Below the pieces are notes generated by a model. It was not told where the DNA came from, ran no database searches, and worked only from the letters and a program-made list of their open reading frames with translations. The position numbers were made by a program, and so were the translations under genes. From an uncultured Chloroflexia bacterium (GTDB taxonomy: Bacteria > Chloroflexota > Limnocylindria > Limnocylindrales > CSP1-4), in NCBI GenBank assembly GCA_963748625.1, contig CAVVJT010000010.1, positions 128,001-192,000 on the forward strand: DNA of 64,000 nt, read 5' to 3'. Of the stretch, positions 9,907 through 20,290 are shown in pieces. Numbering within the stretch: position 1 is the first letter of the stretch; the number at the start of each line of letters is the position of its first letter.

Positions 9907-12306
9907 TCAGGGCACCCCGAGCAGCAGGTGGCGGATGGACCATGCCTCGGCCTCGCTCCCCTTGCACCGGACTCGCACCGGTCCTGGGCGACCGGGGTCG
10001 AACGGGGCAGTGATCCGGGTGACGCGCCCGCCGGTCACAGCCAGGTAGAGGAGCCCGATCAGCGGCGACAGCAGGATCGCGAGCACGCAGCCGAGCCCGA
10101 GGTCGCGCCCGACCTGCACGGCTGCCACCTCCCGGACCGGGAATACCGCCGTGTGGACGACCCGATAGCGCTCCAGCCAGACGCGCCCGGCGACCACCAC
10201 CAGCCCCCAGGCGCCGAACATGGCCAGCAGCCCGACCGCGAGGCCGTCCGGCACCGAGCCGCCCGGCGCGAGCGCAGCGCCGGCGATCGCCGGGACCAGG
10301 ATCCCGGCTCCGCTGAGAAGCACGAGGGCCCAATACTGGTGACGCGCCGCCGGATCGAGCAGCTCCGTCCGGGCGGTGACCACGCCATCGGCGACGGCGA
10401 GCCAGACACGTCCGCGGGCCGCGCCGTCGGCGGTCCTGATCGACACCCAGGGCACGGCCGCGGGGAGCTGGCCCGGAAACGCCATCGCGACGGATGCCTG
10501 GTGGACCAGGCCCGGTGCGAACGGTGGGGCCACCGGGCCCGAGGGAGCCGGCGGTGTGAGCATGGCCTGCTGCGTGATCGTGGCCTGCGGCGTGATCGGG
10601 GTTGGCGGAGAGGACGGGTGCTGCCGCTCGGCCTCCCGAGTCCCCGGCGCCGACGCCACCCTGTCGAACAGCCATGCCACTCCGGTGACCATCGAGAACG
10701 CCAGCACCAGGCCCATCGTGACCTGCACGTTCCGGTTGGCCAGAGCCGCTGCGGGATCGCCCTGCGGGTTGAGCAGCGTGTGGAAGAACAGGAAAGTCGC
10801 CCCGCTCGTCGCAAGGAGCCAGGCCACGCGGCTTCGCTGGCGCAGCATGTCGCCGGCCGAGCCACGGAACCCCACCAGTGCGACGAACAGGTTCTGAAGC
10901 GCCGACGCGAACACCAGCAGGAGCATTGCCTCGATCCCTGCGAGGCCGTTGGCCAGCCCGCCGTCCCGGGCGAGCGCCGTTGTCACCATCGTGATCGCCC
11001 ATGCCACGCCGCCCACGGCCGCGAGCGCGGCCACCCCGATCACCGCGAGCCGCCGCGCCCGGGCAGCACCGAGCTCGGTGTCGTCGAGCCGCAGCGCTTC
11101 CGGCGTCCCGAACATGAGCCCCGGCACGACGGCGGCAACCCTGGACACCCCGACCGACCCGGCGGCCAGCAGCAGCGTCGTCGGCCGGACCGACAGCGAC
11201 GCCGCGACACCCCACCGCCGCGCGACAGCCCACGCGACGACATCGTCGCCCACGCCCACGAGGCCATTGGCGACGGTGAACGAGACGAGGAGCCAGAGCC
11301 CGGTGATCGTGAGCGGCTCCCAGCCCGGCTCGAGGAGCGAGAACACCACGCCGTAGAACATGGTGACGCCGATGAGCGCGGCGATGTCGCGCAGGCGGCG
11401 CCGGCGGATCCGCCCGGTGGTCACCCTCCCGATCCGTGCCTCGAGACGTCCCAGCATACCGACGCCGGGGACCCGCGCGGCGATCGCCGCCTCGTGCTGC
11501 GCCAGGAGGCTCGACGCCACCTTCGACGAGATCGTGAGCAACAGCAGGGCGAGCGCCGCGAGCAGAAGGTTCGTGCCCACGACAGCCGGATCGGTGCTGA
11601 CATCGAGCGGGGTCGGGATGTGGGTGGTGATCACCGGCACCAGCGGGCCGGACGGCCGATAGACAGGAGCCTCGGAGCCCACCGCTGCGGCCAGCCGGGC
11701 GTCGAGGATGCCGGCGACCTCGGCGAGGGACGTGACCGGCTCGACGCCCTCGGTCCACGCGTGGCCCACGACTGCGAGGACCGGGCCGCGCCGGGCCGCC
11801 ACCGCCCGGTACTCCACGCCGACGTCGGGCATGTGGATGGCGACCGCGAAGCGGCTGACACCGGTCCGCATCCCCGTGATCATCTCGACTTCGGCGTCAC
11901 CCATCGTTGCGGCCACCGCCTCGTCGACGAGGCGGTCCGCCTGCTGCACGGTGGCGTCGAAGGCTGCCTGGTCGTCGGCCGCCAGCGGCCCGATGAGCAC
12001 CGCAGTCACGAACTCGGCCCCTGACTCCGTCCGGCGCTCGAGGACTAGGGCGTTGTGGTCGCCCGCTCCGGGCGAGTCGCGAATGCCGCCTGCGAGCGCA
12101 TGCGCCAGCGACGTGAAGGAGTCCACGTTGGCGTCGCTCGGGGCGAAGCCGTCGGGCAGGTCTCCGGCAACGATGACGACCGGGCCGAGATCCGGAAGCG
12201 CGGCCGGCGTGGGCGTCGGCGAGGGCGTCAGCGAGGGGTCGGCGCCGACGACCGGGGACACGGTGGCAAGGGCCGTCACACCTGCCAGCAGCACCGCCCG
12301 AAGCAT
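9907..12306 (-). CDS. Large multi-TM membrane protein with N-terminal extracellular domain (start could be 12408)
   Basis: Signal-like MLRAVLLAGVTALA, PTP linker, roughly 10 hydrophobic segments; GC3-rich codons. Confidence 0.7.
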   Translation of the reverse strand: MLRAVLLAGVTALATVSPVVGADPSLTPSPTPTPAALPDLGPVVIVAGDLPDGFAPSDANVDSFTSLAHALAGGIRDSPGAGDHNALVLERRTESGAEFVTAVLIGPLAADDQAAFDATVQQADRLVDEAVAATMGDAEVEMITGMRTGVSRFAVAIHMPDVGVEYRAVAARRGPVLAVVGHAWTEGVEPVTSLAEVAGILDARLAAAVGSEAPVYRPSGPLVPVITTHIPTPLDVSTDPAVVGTNLLLAALALLLLTISSKVASSLLAQHEAAIAARVPGVGMLGRLEARIGRVTTGRIRRRRLRDIAALIGVTMFYGVVFSLLEPGWEPLTITGLWLLVSFTVANGLVGVGDDVVAWAVARRWGVAASLSVRPTTLLLAAGSVGVSRVAAVVPGLMFGTPEALRLDDTELGAARARRLAVIGVAALAAVGGVAWAITMVTTALARDGGLANGLAGIEAMLLLVFASALQNLFVALVGFRGSAGDMLRQRSRVAWLLATSGATFLFFHTLLNPQGDPAAALANRNVQVTMGLVLAFSMVTGVAWLFDRVASAPGTREAERQHPSSPPTPITPQATITQQAMLTPPAPSGPVAPPFAPGLVHQASVAMAFPGQLPAAVPWVSIRTADGAARGRVWLAVADGVVTARTELLDPAARHQYWALVLLSGAGILVPAIAGAALAPGGSVPDGLAVGLLAMFGAWGLVVVAGRVWLERYRVVHTAVFPVREVAAVQVGRDLGLGCVLAILLSPLIGLLYLAVTGGRVTRITAPFDPGRPGPVRVRCKGSEAEAWSIRHLLLGVP

Positions 12307-12565
12307 GGCGACCCGCGGGACGGACAGCGCGTCGCCGCCCACGAGACCCTGGCGCAGGAGTTGGCGGATGTCCACCGACGTCTCCGGGCCACGCGCGACC
12401 GGACCCATGCCGGCCAGCGTGCGGATCGTGCGCCGCCAGCACCAGATGGGACAGGGCCGTCTGCCCCACAACGAGGGCCGCTCGCACCTTGGCGCTGCCG
12501 CGGTTCAGCGCGATGCTGCCTTGGCTGCAGCCTGTCGCGCGCCCACAGCCGCCAGGGAGAGGCCG

Positions 12566-13387
12566 ATGCCGCCGGTCATCGCCGCCACCGCGCCCGCGTG
12601 TGGCGATTGCGGCCGCCCCGCGGGCCCTGGCGACCGGTTCTGTGCGGGCTGCGGAGGCAGGCTCGAGCCTGCCGCGCCCCCGTCTGCACCGCCAGGACCA
12701 CCCGCGCCCACGACGGCAGCGCCGTCCGCGCCTCCACCTCTGCCGGTGCCGGCCTCCCCTAGCCTGCCAGGCCCGCACGCGTCCGTCGGCGCCGGGTCCT
12801 CCTCGGTGGGGCGGCGCGCGTCGCGGACGGGCTGGGTCGGCGTCATGGCCGTCGCGCTGGTGTTCGCGGTCGGGAGCTCGGCCGTGGTGGTCGCGGGTCT
12901 CGGGGCGATCCGGCCTGGGCGGATCGCGGTCGCCCCGGGAACGGCTCCGGCCGACCCCGACGGCGTCCCCGCCGCCGTCTTCGACGACCGCCTGTACGAC
13001 GGCAGCGCCGTTGTCACGGACAAGCCCTTCACGATCCGCGTCGCAGCCGCCAACCCAGCGTCGAGAGCCACCGACCCGGTGTGGCTCATCCTCGAGTGGC
13101 GGCCCGCCGACGCGGACGCAGGGCAGGCTGCCGACGGCACCGTCATCGCGTGCGATCCGACCGACTGCCGGTCGAGTGACGACCCCGACCTGCACCGGAC
13201 CGTCGTCCGCTGGCCGGGTCTCCAGCCCGGGACGGAGACGACCTACGAGGTGACCGTCCAGGTGACCGGCATCGAGCCCGGCGACTCCTTCCGCTACCAC
13301 GCGACCGCCGGATCCGGATCACGACCGGACGCCATCGATTCAGGGAGCGCCTGGACCCTCGAGCTTGCCGTTGAGGCGCAGGAGTAG
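12566..13387 (+). CDS. Zinc-ribbon domain single-TM protein
   Basis: CGDCG...FCAGCG, Pro-rich linker, one TM helix, beta-rich C-terminus; GGGAGAGG RBS. Confidence 0.75.
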   Translation: MPPVIAATAPACGDCGRPAGPGDRFCAGCGGRLEPAAPPSAPPGPPAPTTAAPSAPPPLPVPASPSLPGPHASVGAGSSSVGRRASRTGWVGVMAVALVFAVGSSAVVVAGLGAIRPGRIAVAPGTAPADPDGVPAAVFDDRLYDGSAVVTDKPFTIRVAAANPASRATDPVWLILEWRPADADAGQAADGTVIACDPTDCRSSDDPDLHRTVVRWPGLQPGTETTYEVTVQVTGIEPGDSFRYHATAGSGSRPDAIDSGSAWTLELAVEAQE

Positions 13388-13417
13388 GCCGCACCGCCGC
13401 GGCACAGGGAGGTTCGC

Positions 13418-14654
13418 ATGCACGACCACGCGACCAGGGGGACTGGAGGCCGGGGCGACCCCGTGCTGCGGATCGCCTGCGCGGTGCTCCTGTTGCTGAT
13501 GCCGGTCGCGTGCGACGACTCGGCCGACGGCGCGACCGGTGACCCTGGCAACGTCGGCCAGACGATCGGCCCGGGCGCGTCGACGACGGCTGGGGGTGGA
13601 GGTACAGGCCAGGCCGGCGGAGCGTCATTCGACGAGCTGCTCACCGTGCTCGCGACGGGCGACACATGGGATCGGGTGGCGGCGATCGGGGCTCTCGCGG
13701 ACCTCGGCAATGCGGCGGCCGTCCCCGCCGTGACCGCGGCGCTGGCCGATGCGTCATGGGACGTGCGCCTGGCCGCGGCGACCGCGCTGGGGACCCTGGG
13801 CGACGATCGCGCCGTGGGCGGACTGGCGGCGCTGCTTGGCGAGGCGCTCGATGTGTCCAGTGTCGATCCGGCCGACCAGCCGACCGCCCAGGAGGCAGCA
13901 GCAGCCGCGGTCGATGCCCTCGGAGCGATCGGCGATCCCGGTCCAGCCGGATCCCTGGCGGCGATCCTGGCCGACGGGACGCCTGGGGTGGGCGTGGAGC
14001 GGGTGAGCGCGGCCCTCGTGGCGATCGGCCCGGGCGGGATTCCGGGCATCAGGCGCGCGATCAGGGAAGCCTCTGCACCAGGCGCCGCCCGGATCGTGGC
14101 GGTCCTCGGGCGGATTCGGGCGACCCGCGCTCGACGCCCTCGCGGATCTCGTGCGCGACAAGCGGACAGCCGTGCGGGTCGCCGCCGCTGAGGCGCTCGG
14201 GAACCTCGATGCTGATGCCGTCCCGGTCCTGCTCAAGGCGCTCAAGGACGGATCGGACGATGTGCGCGTCGCCGCGGCACGCTCGCTCGGGAGCATCGGG
14301 AGCACGAAGGCGACCGGGGGCCTGGTCCGCCTGCTGTCCGACAGCAACACGCGGCGAGCTGCGGTCGGCGCGCTGGTGAAGATCCACCGGGACAACGCGA
14401 CGCCGCTGGTGAAGTACCTCGCCAACAAGGACAGCGTCCAGGTCTATCGCCCGCTCATCAAGATCGGGCAGGACAACACGGTTGGAGCCCTCGCAAAGGC
14501 GCTCAAGCGCTACGGAACCAAGACGATGGGCGAGACATTCCTCAATTGCGGCCAGCCGCGCCTGGAGAAGGCAGCGAAGGAGTGGGCAAGGGCCCACGGG
14601 TACATCGTCGTCCCGAGCGGCTTCGCCGGCGAGGAGGCCTGGGGCGTGCCCTGA
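13418..14654 (+). CDS. HEAT/PBS-lyase repeat lipoprotein, frameshift near 14115
   Basis: Lipobox-like PVAC; repeated VR.AAA.ALG units in ORFs 13418..14191 and 14151..14654; removing one T gives VLGRIGRPALDALADLV. Confidence 0.75.
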
Positions 14655-14750
14655 TCGGCGCCTGCTCAATGGCGGAGACGCCGGCCTCGAGGAGAACGCG
14701 CGGGCCGTCGGGGAGCGGGAAGAAGTCGTCCGAGGCAGCCGCGTCGCGCC

Positions 14751-16745
14751 CTACGGCATCGGGAAGACGAGCGTCACGTTGCGCGGCCCGCCGGTGATCG
14801 TCACGGTTCCACCATCGAGCGTGCCGGAGTAGTCGTACTCCGGGTTGCCGTTGCTGAAGGCGAACGTCCGCCCGTCAAAGGTGCCGGTGGCGTCGGCGGC
14901 CATGAACTCCTGGTCGGTGCAGTTGGCCCACAGGCCGGCCTTGCCCTGGAACGAGTCGGGATCGCCGCCGGTCGCGAAGAACGAGAGGGTGACCTCGGCA
15001 GGGCAGGTGACGGCACTTTCGGCCCCGCCGATCGGCATGTCGACGTTGACGGTGATCGACACCGGCTCGCCCGACAGGTCCGGTGTCGGCGTCGGCACGA
15101 CCTCGCCTCGGATGACCGTGAAGCGCTCATAGCCGGCCCACAGGCCGGCGTCGCCCGGGGTGTTGCGAACCAGCCAGATGCCGAACTGGTTCTCGCCCAT
15201 GGCCAGGTCGGCGTTGTTGGAGCCGATCAGCGCCGAGCTGTCGACCACCATGGAGTACGTCCGGTCGGCCGGCTGGGCGACGTCGTACTGGAGGGAGATC
15301 CACTCGGTCTCGGCCGGGACGGTCACCACCGGGGCGAAGGGGCCGAGGTCAGCATACGAGCCGTCGTCCTTCTGGTGGGCGAACCCCGGGACGGTATCGG
15401 TGAAGGTGTCGTCGCCGATGGTCCCGGCGTCGAACTCGTTCCAGCGGGCGGCCATCGCGTCGTTGGAGACGAGCAGCTCACGGGCCATGAAGGCGAAGCC
15501 GGTGTATGAGCTCTGGGTCCCATTCGCCCTCGTTCCGGCCAGGTAGGGGGCGAGGGTCCCCGAGGCTGGGTCGAAGGAGATCGAGCGCATCCGGGCGGGC
15601 TTGTTGGGGTCGGCCACGTTGAGGCGGGTGGCGCTGGCACGGTAGACGATCATGGCGTGGGCACCGCCGTCGGGATCGTCGGCGTACACGAGCTGCGGGG
15701 CGCCGGTCAGGGCAATCCAGCTGCGGAAGGCGGCGAAGGTGGTGGCCGGGTCCGCCTTGGCCGATGCGATCATCACGCGGACCGCCCCGGCCTGGTTGTT
15801 GGTCTGGTAGTCGCGTTGGACCATCGAGGCCAGCTTGATGCCGTCGGCGTCGTCCTGCCAGAACCCCGGGGTCCGTCCGCCCCCGTCGTTGTCGTAGAGG
15901 CCGAACAGCGGAGCTGCGCCACTGCCGGCCCGCCGCTCGGTGTAGTACCAGTACGCCGAGGCGGTTGCCCCGAAGCAGAAACCGCCCGGCGTCAGGGCCG
16001 ACCCGTAGTTGGGGAACTGCCAGTCGTCGGTGCCGGGGCGGAATCCGGAGTCGATGACCTCGGGCAGCGGTCCGATGGGCACCACGAAGGTCAGCACCGC
16101 CGGGAACATCGTCACGGCCACGGTGATGCTGGTCGCATTGGCGGCGAGGATGGTCAGGGGCGTCAGGACCCCGGTGCCCGGGTCGAGATGACCGGCGAGG
16201 GCGACCTCGTCCGGTCCGGTTGCGATCGGGATGGTCATCGTGACCGGGACGGCAGGCTCCAGTCCGCCGAGCCCGACTTCGGTCAACGAGACCGGCCTGA
16301 CCGTGATCGCCAGCGGTGATCCGTCCGGGCGACCGATGGAGGTAACGGGCGATTCGGTCACCGTGACTGCCGTGTCGTCGGGCAGCGCAGACGCCGGGAA
16401 GACGAGGCTCGTACCGCCGGGGGTGGCGACCGTGCCACCGGACGATCCAATCGTCGTGGTGGTGCCGGTCGGGCTGCCCGTCTGGGTGATGACGGTGAAG
16501 GGCGGGGCGGGCATCGATCCCGGCCCAAGCTCATCCTGGGCCAGCGGGTCGGTCTCATCCAGCGACGGGACGTGGATCGTTGGCGCGGGCTGCGTCGGAG
16601 CCAGCGATGCACCGGCCGGCGGGCTTGGCGGCGGCCCGGGTGGGATCGTCGACGCGCTGCTCCCACCGCAGGCGACCACGAGAACAACCACCAAGAGGAT
16701 GGCCAGGAGCGCTGGCTGACTCCGGCGGGCTGATCGCTGGTCCAT
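14751..16745 (-). CDS. Lipoprotein with ZU5-like domain and putative papain-fold Cys-His-Asp domain
   Basis: Lipobox VVAC; IGSSGGTV...LVFPASALPDDTAVTV; GFCFG, AHAMIVY, VADPN. Confidence 0.65.
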   Translation of the reverse strand: MDQRSARRSQPALLAILLVVVLVVACGGSSASTIPPGPPPSPPAGASLAPTQPAPTIHVPSLDETDPLAQDELGPGSMPAPPFTVITQTGSPTGTTTTIGSSGGTVATPGGTSLVFPASALPDDTAVTVTESPVTSIGRPDGSPLAITVRPVSLTEVGLGGLEPAVPVTMTIPIATGPDEVALAGHLDPGTGVLTPLTILAANATSITVAVTMFPAVLTFVVPIGPLPEVIDSGFRPGTDDWQFPNYGSALTPGGFCFGATASAYWYYTERRAGSGAAPLFGLYDNDGGGRTPGFWQDDADGIKLASMVQRDYQTNNQAGAVRVMIASAKADPATTFAAFRSWIALTGAPQLVYADDPDGGAHAMIVYRASATRLNVADPNKPARMRSISFDPASGTLAPYLAGTRANGTQSSYTGFAFMARELLVSNDAMAARWNEFDAGTIGDDTFTDTVPGFAHQKDDGSYADLGPFAPVVTVPAETEWISLQYDVAQPADRTYSMVVDSSALIGSNNADLAMGENQFGIWLVRNTPGDAGLWAGYERFTVIRGEVVPTPTPDLSGEPVSITVNVDMPIGGAESAVTCPAEVTLSFFATGGDPDSFQGKAGLWANCTDQEFMAADATGTFDGRTFAFSNGNPEYDYSGTLDGGTVTITGGPRNVTLVFPMP

Positions 16746-16876
16746 GAACGCGATGATCCTGCATCGGCCGTCCGCGTCAAGGGAACGAAGCCCCATATTC
16801 GCGGTCGACTGTCGCCCGTCGCGCGGTCGCGGCGCGCCACCTGCCGTCGGGCGTGCCAGTCCCGCGAGGAGACCGC

Positions 16877-19154
16877 TCAGTGGCGGAAGTGGCGCCGCCC
16901 GGTCACCAGCATCGTCGCGCCCGCGCGCTCGACGTCCACCAGGACCTCCGCGTCACGCACGGAGCCGCCGGGCTGGACGATCGCGGTGACGCCGGCCTCT
17001 AGGAGCACGCGCGGGCCGTCCGGGAACGGGAAGAAGGCATCCGACGCGGCCACCGCTCCCGTCGCGCCAGCCTCGCCCTGGAACTGGCGTGCCTTCTCCA
17101 CCGCGCCACGACAGGCGTCGACGCGGCTCACCTGGCCTGACCCGAGGCCCACCAGCATCCCGTCGCGAACGAGGAGGATCGCGTTGGACACCACGCCGCG
17201 GCAAAGGCGCCAGGCGAGGTCGAGGTCGGCCAGCTCGCGTGCTGTCGGCTGGCGCGAGGTCGTGCACACCCACTCGGCGGGGTCGTCCGGCAGGGTGTCG
17301 GGCGCCGTCACGAGCACGCCGCCGCCCGCGGTCCGGAACGAGCCCAGCCAGTCGACGGCCGTCGCCGAGGGGCGCGGGGCGTCCGCGTCCGCGTCCGCGT
17401 CCGTGCCCGCGTCCAGCGACGCGTCCAGGACCAGCCGCAGGTTCGGCTTGGTCGCGAGCACCTCGAGAGCCGCCTCGTCGAACCACGGGGCCACCACCAC
17501 CTCGAGGAAGATCGACACCAGCCGCTCGGCCAGCGCCCGGTCCACCGTGGCGGTGATCGCCACCACGCCCCCGAACGCCGACACGGGATCGCCGGCCAGC
17601 GCCGCCTCCCAGGCCTCGAGCAGGGTCGGGCGCTCGGCCGCGCCGCACGGGTTGGTGTGCTTGACGATGACGACGGCCGGACCGCGCATCAGACGCCCGA
17701 GCGCAGCGGCGGCCGAGGCGTCGAGGACGTTGTTGTACGAGAGAGCCTTGCCCTGGAGCGGTGGCTCACCACTCGTGAACGGACCCTCGCCGAAGCGGGG
17801 CTCCCGGTCGGTGCGCCGGTAGCGGGCGGCCGGCTGGTGGGGGTTCTCCCCGTACCGGCAGCGTCTCCACCTTCTCCATCGAGATGGTGAGGACCGGCGG
17901 GTACGGGTCTTCGGATCCGGGCAGGCCCGGGTCCGGCGGGAGGGGCACGCCGGCCTCGAACATCCGGCACGGCAGCTCAGCCGCGATCCGGGCGTCGTAG
18001 GCGGCGGTGTGGCGGAAGGCCTCGATGGCCAAGACGGACCTGAGGCCGAGCGGGACGGCACCATGCTCGTCGAGGGCCGCGAGGATGGCGTCGTAGCGGG
18101 ACGGTGACGTGACGATCGCCACGGACGCGTGGTTCTTGGCGGCGGCGCGGACCATGGACGGCCCGCCGATGTCGATCTCCTCCACCAGCTTGTCGAACGT
18201 GATCCCGGGCTTCCGGGCAGCCGCCGCGAACGGATAGAGGTTGACGACGACGAGATCGAATGGCGCGATCCCCGCGCCAAGCAGGGCTTCGCGGTGGTCC
18301 GCGCGCCGGCGGTCGGCGAGGAGGCCGGCATGGACGCGGGGGTGGAGCGTCTTCACGCGGCCGTCGAGCATCTCCGGGAAGCCGGTGACGGCCGCGACGT
18401 CGGTGACCGGCAGGCCGGCCTCTCGCAGGGCACGTGCGGTACCACCCGTGGACACGAGCTCCCAGCCGCGAGCGACGAGACCACGACCCAAGCCCGCCAG
18501 ACCGGTCTTGTCGGAGACCGACAGGAGAGCGCGACGCGCGACGGGGATGGCAGCATCGGCGGCTGCCGGCGAGAACGAGGCTCGCCGGGCGCCCGGTTGG
18601 ACCGTGATGGCGCCCGCCAGCAGGCCCGCGACGGCAGCGGGCAGCAGCCGGTGCTCGACGGGGTGGATCCGGGCAGCCAGCGTCGCCTCCGTGTCACCCG
18701 CCAACACCGGCACGGCCTCCTGGGCCACGATCGGCCCGCCGTCGAGCGTGGCATCGACCAGGTGCACGGTCACGCCGGTGACGGCGACCCCGGCCGCCAG
18801 GGCGTCGGCGATGCCGTGCAGGCCCGGGAACGACGGGAGCAGCGAGGGGTGGACGTTGAGGATGCGGCCGCCGAACCTGGCGAGGACGTCCGGTCCGACG
18901 AGTCGCAGGTAGCCGGCGAGGACCACGACATCCGGGGCGACAGCCGCCAGGGTCTCCGCGAGGACCGTGTCGTCGCCACCCGGGACCAGGATCGTCTCGA
19001 TCCCCTGCTCCGCCGCCCAGTCGAGGCCCGCACACGGGCGGTCGGCGAAGACGAGAACCACGTCGCCGCCCAGGTCACCGCGCCGCGCGGCGGCGACGAG
19101 CGCCCGCAGGTTGGACCCGGTGCCGCTGACCCCGACCGCGATCGTCCCGCTCAC
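16877..19154 (-). CDS. purH: PurN-PurH fusion (GAR formyltransferase, IMP cyclohydrolase, AICAR formyltransferase), frameshift near 17858
   Basis: SGTGSNL and NVHPSLLP (PurN) in frame with ALLSVSDK, GRVKTLHP, IDIGGPSM; then RYGENPHQ, KHTNPCG, ASDAFFPF, RHFRH. Confidence 0.92.
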
Positions 19155-20290
19155 CGTTCCACCTCCAGGTATCGCCCGCCGATCGCCGCCGCTCCGGTCA
19201 CGTCACCGATGACCCAGGCCTCGATGCCGAGGGCCCGCGACACCTCCACCGCGGCCGCTGCACCCGCCGCGGGCACGACCGCGATCATCCCGATCCCGGC
19301 ATTGAACGTGGCACGCAGCTCCGTGTCGCCGAGCCGCCCCAGCACGCCCAGCACCCGGAATACCGTGGGCATCGTCCACGACGAGATGTTCACGCGGGCG
19401 CCAAGGTGCTCCGGCAGCGCCCGCGGCACGTTGCCGGGCAGCCCGCCACCCGTGATGTGGGCGAAGCCGCGGACCTCGTGTCCGGCGGCCTCGAGGGTCG
19501 TGCGCATCGTGAGCAGCTGCTTCGCGTACACGCGGGTCGGCGTGAGCAGGACGTCACCCAGCGAAGCGTCGATCAGGTCCGGGGCCTCCAGGAGCTGCAG
19601 CGCCGACATCGAGCAGCCCAACGCCCGGCACGCGAGCCCGCCCCACGGCTGGTCGTAGGCGAGACGCTGGTCCGCGACGATCCGGCGCACCAGCGAGTAG
19701 CCATTGGCGTGCAGGCCGGATGACGCGAGGCCCACGATGCAATCGCCCGCCTGTGCCGCCGACCCGTCCAGCAGCCGCGACCGTTCGCCCACCCCGGTGC
19801 AGAAGCCCGCGAGGTCGAACTCGTCGGGCTCCATGAGGCCTGGGTGCTCCGCGGTCTCCCCGCCCACGAGGGCGGCCCCGGCCTGGCGGCAGCCCTCGGC
19901 GATCCCCGACACCAGCGACGCGACGCGCTCCGGGTCCAGCCTCCCGATCGCGATGTAGTCCAGGAACGCGACCGGCTCCGCGCCCGTGCACGCGACGTCA
20001 TCCGCGCACATCGCCACGAGGTCGATGCCGATCGTGTCGTAGCGCCCGACGGCAGCGGCGATCGCGGTCTTCGTGCCCACGCCGTCGGTCGACGAGATGA
20101 TGACCGGCTCCCGGTACCCGGCCGGGATCGTGAACCCCGAGCCGAAGCCGCCCAGGCCGCCGACGATCTCCGGACGCATCGTGGAGGCGACCGACGACCG
20201 CATGAGCTCCACGGCGCGCTCCCCCGCCTCCACGTCTACGCCCGACGCGGCGTAGGCGGACCGCTCGGCCGCCCCCTTCACCCCGCTCAT
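19151..20290 (-). CDS. purM: AIR synthetase
   Basis: YAASGVDV, STDGVGTK, GGETAEHPG, AHITGGG, TFNAGIG. Confidence 0.96.
   Translation of the reverse strand: MSGVKGAAERSAYAASGVDVEAGERAVELMRSSVASTMRPEIVGGLGGFGSGFTIPAGYREPVIISSTDGVGTKTAIAAAVGRYDTIGIDLVAMCADDVACTGAEPVAFLDYIAIGRLDPERVASLVSGIAEGCRQAGAALVGGETAEHPGLMEPDEFDLAGFCTGVGERSRLLDGSAAQAGDCIVGLASSGLHANGYSLVRRIVADQRLAYDQPWGGLACRALGCSMSALQLLEAPDLIDASLGDVLLTPTRVYAKQLLTMRTTLEAAGHEVRGFAHITGGGLPGNVPRALPEHLGARVNISSWTMPTVFRVLGVLGRLGDTELRATFNAGIGMIAVVPAAGAAAAVEVSRALGIEAWVIGDVTGAAAIGGRYLEVER

Noticed and set aside
17840-17880. Programmed frameshift in purH
   Set aside because: No slippery sequence, it falls inside the conserved LRYGENPHQ motif, and similar 1-bp errors occur elsewhere
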